In this document: piece by piece, positions 58,820 through 64,000 of the stretch
Numbering within the stretch: position 1 is the stretch's first letter
How the letters are laid out: each line of letters begins with the position of its first letter
From: a virus
Lineage: Duplodnaviria > Caudoviricetes
Virus record (IMG/VR): IMGVR_UViG_3300025121_000013
DNA: 64,000 nucleotides
Reading direction: 5' to 3' (one strand)
Translations under genes and position numbers: made by a program
The notes under the pieces: generated by a model
Database searches by the model: none
What the model saw: only the letters and a program-made list of their open reading frames with translations
Told to the model about the DNA's origin: nothing

Positions 58820-59446
58820 CTAGATCTCGAACCCGGAGGCCCGGATTTCCTTCTTGAGGGCCAGGGGGATCCTCACCTTGGACAACTCAATCCCGGAACC
58901 CAGACAGGTGGGACAATCCCTCGAGCTCTTGATCTTCCTCCCGAGGACCGGCTCGGTGCATTTTCCTGCCCCCTTGCACTTCGGGCAGGGCACATCATCT
59001 GCCCGGAAGCGATTCTTCCGGTGCACATACACGCCGGTGCCGTTGCACCGGGAACATGTTTCCACTTCGCCGGCCCGGCCGCCGCAGACGGCGCAGACGT
59101 CTGTCCGGATCCCCCGGCCTCCGCAGGATGGGCAGGTGATTTCCTCCTCCCCTATCTGGAAGATGAACTTCTGACCCGCCCCCTTGCAGGCGGGGCAGAT
59201 GGGGGATGAGGGTGCCACCGACCAGGATTCTCCTGCCTCGATGGCGGCCCGGATCTTTTCGTTCTTGGCCGCCATGATGGCCTTGAACTCCTCCATGGTC
59301 TTGGTTTTCGAAATCAGGGACTCCAGACCCCGAACCTCATTGATGTCCACGTACTGGATTTCAACCTCGGCTGCATCATCCATCGGTAACATCCCTTCGT
59401 GTGGGTTTCGGCGGAAGCTCCGCCATGATGACCTTGACCATTTCAA
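58820..59446 (-). CDS. Protein with six DnaJ-type CxxCxGxG motifs and no J domain
   Basis: CPACKGAG, CPSCGGRG, CAVCGGRAG, CSRCNGTG, CPKCKGAG, CPTCLGSG. Confidence 0.8.
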   Translation of the reverse strand: MKWSRSSWRSFRRNPHEGMLPMDDAAEVEIQYVDINEVRGLESLISKTKTMEEFKAIMAAKNEKIRAAIEAGESWSVAPSSPICPACKGAGQKFIFQIGEEEITCPSCGGRGIRTDVCAVCGGRAGEVETCSRCNGTGVYVHRKNRFRADDVPCPKCKGAGKCTEPVLGRKIKSSRDCPTCLGSGIELSKVRIPLALKKEIRASGFEI

Positions 59447-59813
59447 GGTCCTTTTCTTTTTTTATTGCCATGAGCATGAGAGCGGAGCCCACCAAAATTC
59501 CTCTCTCAGAACATATGACTCCTTGTTTCTGTATCGAATTTAAGATTTTGGAAACTTCATCGTCAAGTCTCCAAAATTCTTTTATCGGAGTTCCAGGGGT
59601 TTGACTCATGTCATTTAATTTCTGAGCAATGGTTGATATTCTTTTCCACCCATGTCGAATTCTTTTAATCATTTCAGAAGCCTCTGTTTCAAGATTTCTT
59701 TGAACATTTATTTCTTTCTTGCCCAATTTTTTGTATTCTTTTCCAGAACCTTTTCCGGCTTTTTTGGATTTCTTTTGCTCAGCCATTCGTTTTCTCCTTG
59801 GACGTTGTAACAT
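59376..59813 (-). CDS. Basic hypothetical protein, first gene of the rpsA cassette
   Basis: 145-aa ORF with a Lys-rich N-terminus; SD AAGGAG before MAEQKK. Confidence 0.55.
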   Translation of the reverse strand: MLQRPRRKRMAEQKKSKKAGKGSGKEYKKLGKKEINVQRNLETEASEMIKRIRHGWKRISTIAQKLNDMSQTPGTPIKEFWRLDDEVSKILNSIQKQGVICSERGILVGSALMLMAIKKEKDLEMVKVIMAELPPKPTRRDVTDG

Positions 59814-59903
59814 ATTTTTAGTTTATTATATTCTGTAAAGTTAATATAATTTATCCCCATAAAGTGAGTATAAAAAATGTGTATTAAATATCTCAATTCA
59901 TTA

Positions 59904-59917
59904 ATTAATATATATAG
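59904..59917 (-). promoter_or_regulatory. ATTAATATATATAG motif, copy 4
   Basis: Exact match; heads the rpsA cassette. Confidence 0.6.
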
Positions 59918-60026
59918 GTTCAAAAAGAAAACATAAAAGAATCTTGTCGTTCTTCAAGATTTTAAATAAAGAAAAAATATAAAAGTAAAAGAACAAATTA
60001 TTGTAAACTTTTAAAAGGAGGATTCT

Positions 60027-63000
60027 TTGGAATCAATAAAAAGTTCTTTGGGAAACTGTATGGAATGTTCTTTACAAAACGAACCTTCTTGTATTTTAGA
60101 AACAAATTGTGAAGATGATCTTTCAAAAGTCGATGTAATTTTCGTAGCAGAAAATCCAGGAAAAGAAGAAGTGGAATATATTCCTCCCACTCCACTTATA
60201 GGAAAGTCTGGACAAACTTTTAGAAAATATTTTAAGAAATTAAAACTTGATAAATTGAATTATTTAATTACAAATGTAGTTTGGTGTTTAACTTTAAATG
60301 AAGATGGAACAACAGGAAATCCTTCACAAAAGGTTATAGATTGTTGTAAAGAAAATTGCTTTGAGTTAATAAGAAATTGTAATCCAAAGTTGATTGTAAT
60401 TATGGGAAATTCTCCTTTGTCTGCATTCAATATTGCAAAGACTGGAGTCACAAAATGTAGAGGTAAAATTTACGATTGGGAAGATTATAAAATTTTCGTG
60501 ACAGTTCATCCATCTTATGTAAATAGAAATAGGATTGTTGAAGAGCCTGAATTTGAAAGAGATTTATCAAAGGTCGCAGAGTTCTTTGGAATAAAAAATG
60601 ATATTGAACAAGGAAAAGAAAGAAATATAAATATTACAAATATAAAAGGAAAATATCAATATTCTATACCTGAGAAATATTATACAGATAATTATCGGTT
60701 GGTCGATGTCCAATATTTAGGAAGAAAAAGAGAAGTCATTTATATTTTTAGAGATAAAGATAATAAAAAGGAGATTTATAAAACAGATGATAAATATTAT
60801 TGTTATACATGTTTAGATGATAATGAAAAGAAAAAAATTGTACCCTATGAAAAACTTAATCAAACGTTTTTACATTATTCTGATAAATCTTTATTAGATT
60901 TTAATTGTACGTATGAGGGTGATAATAGAATTACGTCGAAACATGCGTTAGATTATTATTTGAATTCAAAAGGCGAGGCTCCTAAACTTGATTTAAATAT
61001 TATGTATTTTGATATTGAGGTTGACACTGGAGAATCTCGTTCATTTCCAAAACCCACTGAAGCAAATTATCCAATCAATTTAATCACAAAGATTTATCAT
61101 AAGATTAAAACCACATATGTCATTGATAATAAAACAGAGGAAATTCAAAATATTGAAGGGGTTATTATAAAGAAGTTTAAAAACGAAAGAGATTTAATGT
61201 CATCTTTTATTTCTGATTTTAAGAATGATGACCCTGATATTCTGAGTGGTTGGAATTGTATCGATTTTGACCTCCAGTATATTTTTAATAGATTACCTAA
61301 AATAAATATTCGTCAAGAATCTATGTCTAAATTTGGTGAATTTTATGTTGATGGAAAAAGATTTGTTTGTAATCTTGCAGGGTGTGTTCCTTTGGACCAA
61401 TGCTTTTTATATAAGAATTTTACCTTCACAAAAAAGGAAAATTATAAATTAGGATTTATCGCCCAAGATGAATTAGGTTATACGAAAGTCGCAATGGATC
61501 TTCCGATCAATCAAATGTATTCAAAACTTTTAAATAAATTCATTGGTTATAACATTCGAGATACGGAACTTCTTGAAGGCCTTGAAAATAAACTAGAACA
61601 TATAAATCTCTTAAATGAAATTAGAACTATTTGTCATACGAGTTTTGATAATTGTTCGACATTTGGCCAGATTGATGCAATGTTAATTTCTTTTTTGAAG
61701 CAAAGAGGGTTTGGTTCAAAGAATAGTAATCAACATATGGAAAAAGTTAAATATGCAGGGGCTTTTGTTTTTGAGCCAATTCCTGGCATTTATGAAAAGG
61801 TTGTAGACTTTGACTTTAAATCACTATATCCAAGTTTGATCATTACATACAATATTGGAATAAATAATTTTAGAATTAAATTAGAGGATCCTTCTTTGGG
61901 GTTTGAATTATCGAAACACCCGGAGAATCTTCCTGATGAAATATCTGTAATTTTTGATCCAACTTTCAGAGCTGAGAAAAAAATTATAAAGAAGGAAGCA
62001 CTTCTTAACATCATTAAAAAAAATAATTATATTCATACAATTAATGGTTGTTTATTTGAAAATCATGATAAAGAGTTATCTGTTTTAGGAGAAGCTTTAA
62101 AAGAGATTTTAGATTCTCGTGATAGATATAAGAAGATGATGTTTAAAGCCGTAGAAGAAAAGAAAAATGACGAATCAAAATTTTATGATACAAGGCAACA
62201 AGTTTATAAGGTTTTGGCAAATGGAACATATGGAGTTTTAGGAAATAAAGCATTTAGATTTTATGATGAATCTTGTGCTGGTGCAATTACATTATCAGGT
62301 CAAGAAGCTTTAAAGAATTCAATTATTTATGGAAATAATTTTATGGAAAGTTTAAATTTAGAAAAGCCGATGGTAATTCCTGATGAGATAACTAAGAAAG
62401 AAATTTTCTCAGATGAAATGCCTGATATTAGAAAAAGGATCAAATATATTGTAACTGGAGATACCGATTCAATTTTTTGTTGTTTTGAAAAATTTAAAAA
62501 GGAAAAGAATGTTGAAAATATTAGAGGCTGGTGTAAAGAAATTGAAAATTATTTAAATAATGTTATTATGCCACATATTGTTAGAACACATAATGTCGAT
62601 CCAAAAAATAGTGTTTTAAAATTAAAAAATGAATTGATTATTTCTCGTGGATTATTTTTAGCAAAAAAGAGATACGCAATTCATGTTATAAATAATGAAG
62701 GAAAATCTGTTGATAAAATGAAATTTATGGGTGTTGAAATTAAAAGATCAGATTATCCGCAAAAGTCAAAAGAGTTTTTAACTGAGTTGGTAAATTTGAT
62801 TTTAAAATCAGAAAAAGTTTCTATTACAAAATTAATGAAATTTGTAGAGATGAAAGAAAAAGAATTTATTGAGGCAATAAATAATGGAGAAAAAACAATC
62901 GCAAGACCTGTTTCAATTGGAAAAGAGATAGAAGAATATAAGACTGTTCCTCAAGGAACAAAGGCTATGTTGAATTTTAATGATTTAATTTATGACGCTC

Positions 63001-63269
63001 ATGATGTTGGAAGTCGTGGATATATGTTTAAAATTAAAGGGATAAATTTAGATTTAGCTCCAGATGATGTAAAGAAAAATTATCAGAAGTTTTTATCTTC
63101 TGGAAAAAAATTGGAAGTTATTGCCATTCCTGATGAAGAACAACGATTACCAAAATATATTATTCCTGATATGAAAGAACAATTAAAATTTTCTTTTACT
63201 GATCGTTATGAACTTATGTTAAAACCTATTTTAGACATAAAAACTAAAAATACAGTTCTAACTTTTTAA
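60027..63269 (+). CDS. polB: Family B DNA polymerase with an N-terminal family-4 UDG-like domain
   Basis: UDG-like: C..C.L, AENPG..E, G.SG, TNVV.C, C.C, HPS. Exonuclease: FDIE, GWN...FD, YN..D. Polymerase: DFKSLYPS, K..ANGTYG, GDTDS, KKRY. Confidence 0.93.
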   Translation: MESIKSSLGNCMECSLQNEPSCILETNCEDDLSKVDVIFVAENPGKEEVEYIPPTPLIGKSGQTFRKYFKKLKLDKLNYLITNVVWCLTLNEDGTTGNPSQKVIDCCKENCFELIRNCNPKLIVIMGNSPLSAFNIAKTGVTKCRGKIYDWEDYKIFVTVHPSYVNRNRIVEEPEFERDLSKVAEFFGIKNDIEQGKERNINITNIKGKYQYSIPEKYYTDNYRLVDVQYLGRKREVIYIFRDKDNKKEIYKTDDKYYCYTCLDDNEKKKIVPYEKLNQTFLHYSDKSLLDFNCTYEGDNRITSKHALDYYLNSKGEAPKLDLNIMYFDIEVDTGESRSFPKPTEANYPINLITKIYHKIKTTYVIDNKTEEIQNIEGVIIKKFKNERDLMSSFISDFKNDDPDILSGWNCIDFDLQYIFNRLPKINIRQESMSKFGEFYVDGKRFVCNLAGCVPLDQCFLYKNFTFTKKENYKLGFIAQDELGYTKVAMDLPINQMYSKLLNKFIGYNIRDTELLEGLENKLEHINLLNEIRTICHTSFDNCSTFGQIDAMLISFLKQRGFGSKNSNQHMEKVKYAGAFVFEPIPGIYEKVVDFDFKSLYPSLIITYNIGINNFRIKLEDPSLGFELSKHPENLPDEISVIFDPTFRAEKKIIKKEALLNIIKKNNYIHTINGCLFENHDKELSVLGEALKEILDSRDRYKKMMFKAVEEKKNDESKFYDTRQQVYKVLANGTYGVLGNKAFRFYDESCAGAITLSGQEALKNSIIYGNNFMESLNLEKPMVIPDEITKKEIFSDEMPDIRKRIKYIVTGDTDSIFCCFEKFKKEKNVENIRGWCKEIENYLNNVIMPHIVRTHNVDPKNSVLKLKNELIISRGLFLAKKRYAIHVINNEGKSVDKMKFMGVEIKRSDYPQKSKEFLTELVNLILKSEKVSITKLMKFVEMKEKEFIEAINNGEKTIARPVSIGKEIEEYKTVPQGTKAMLNFNDLIYDAHDVGSRGYMFKIKGINLDLAPDDVKKNYQKFLSSGKKLEVIAIPDEEQRLPKYIIPDMKEQLKFSFTDRYELMLKPILDIKTKNTVLTF

Positions 63270-63333
63270 GAAAATAAGAATATATCAAAGAACAAACATT
63301 TATATAAAATAAAATTTTGAAAGGGTTGTGATA

Positions 63334-64000
63334 ATGGACAATATAAAAGTAATTGAGTCTTTTATAACATGGCAGGGAGAGGGGCCTGACATTGGAAAGA
63401 GAATGCTCCTTTTAAGATTTAAAACCTGTGATAGAGTCGAAAATAAAAATCCTTGTTCATGGTGTGATACAATAATTAAAATGAGATGCTCCATTGAGCA
63501 GGAGGTTTCTCTCCAAACGATCCAAGAAACTTTAGATAAAAACAAAGCTGGTTTGATGATAACCGGAGGGGAACCTACATTTGGAGAAAACTTAAAAAAT
63601 ACAACCAGACTTTTAAATTTATATTATAACGTTGCTAACATTGAAACAAATGGTTTTGATCTTTTAGGCCTTTTTAAAATTATCTCCAATATTGATAAAA
63701 ATATAAAAATAATTTGGTCTCCAAAAATTTTCAGCAATAAAGATTATGTCGATTTTCAAGTCAAAGTCTCAGAATTAAATTCATATAAAAATGATGTTTA
63801 TTTAAAATTTGTAATAGACAATAAAAATTTTCCAGAAGATAATTTAAGGGTAGAAAAATGTTTACAATTTATCTTAGATAATCCAAAAATTAAATTTGAT
63901 ATAGATAAAGTTTATTTAATGCCAGAAGGAAAAACAAGGGAAGACTTAATTAAAAATTCAGAGATTTGTTTTGACATGTGTGAGAAGTGGAATTGTAGTT
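63334..64000 (+). CDS. queE: QueE-like radical SAM enzyme (7-carboxy-7-deazaguanine synthase family); runs off the window
   Basis: Not in the ORF track. Manual translation MDNIKVIESFITWQGEGPDIG...RFKTCDRVENKNPCSWCDT...ITGGEPT...IETNG...SPK. Confidence 0.88.
   Translation, partial: MDNIKVIESFITWQGEGPDIGKRMLLLRFKTCDRVENKNPCSWCDTIIKMRCSIEQEVSLQTIQETLDKNKAGLMITGGEPTFGENLKNTTRLLNLYYNVANIETNGFDLLGLFKIISNIDKNIKIIWSPKIFSNKDYVDFQVKVSELNSYKNDVYLKFVIDNKNFPEDNLRVEKCLQFILDNPKIKFDIDKVYLMPEGKTREDLIKNSEICFDMCEKWNCS

Noticed and set aside
1-64000. Stop-codon reassignment (common in some huge phages)
   Set aside because: Conserved enzymes are full length under the standard code and genes end in TAA, TAG and TGA.

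Overview
A 64-kb segment of an AT-rich jumbo (huge) myophage genome read with the standard code; no tRNA gene, CRISPR array or integrase was recognised. From 1 to 25.9 kb the genes lie on the minus strand: a NMN adenylyltransferase cut by the window edge, four Cys-rich paralogues, a possible sigma-like RNAP subunit, amidase, PAAR/gp5-like spike, M48 protease, probable head proteins, Cas4-like nuclease, KhpA, RecA, class II RNR with an intein, LigD phosphoesterase, RuvC, neck protein, 5'-3' exonuclease, clamp, primase and clamp loader. Coding switches strand at about 26-27.6 kb (candidate origin). The plus-strand half carries a 13-kb glycosylation/acylation/methylation island, a LigD-type primase-polymerase, QueC-like and QueE-like 7-deazaguanine genes with nucleotide-processing neighbours, an HNH endonuclease and a UDG-fused family B polymerase. 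Three antisense accessory cassettes interrupt this half. Each starts at an exact 14-nt motif (ATTAATATATATAG) and ends at long perfect hairpins. Two cassettes contain GC-rich genes followed by about 500 nt of densely base-paired non-coding sequence. One of these is a DnaJ-zinc-finger gene, a full six-domain ribosomal protein S1 gene and a structured RNA. These gene-plus-structured-RNA modules are the most novel-looking signal. GC contents are judged by eye and family assignments come from remembered motifs; no searches were run.
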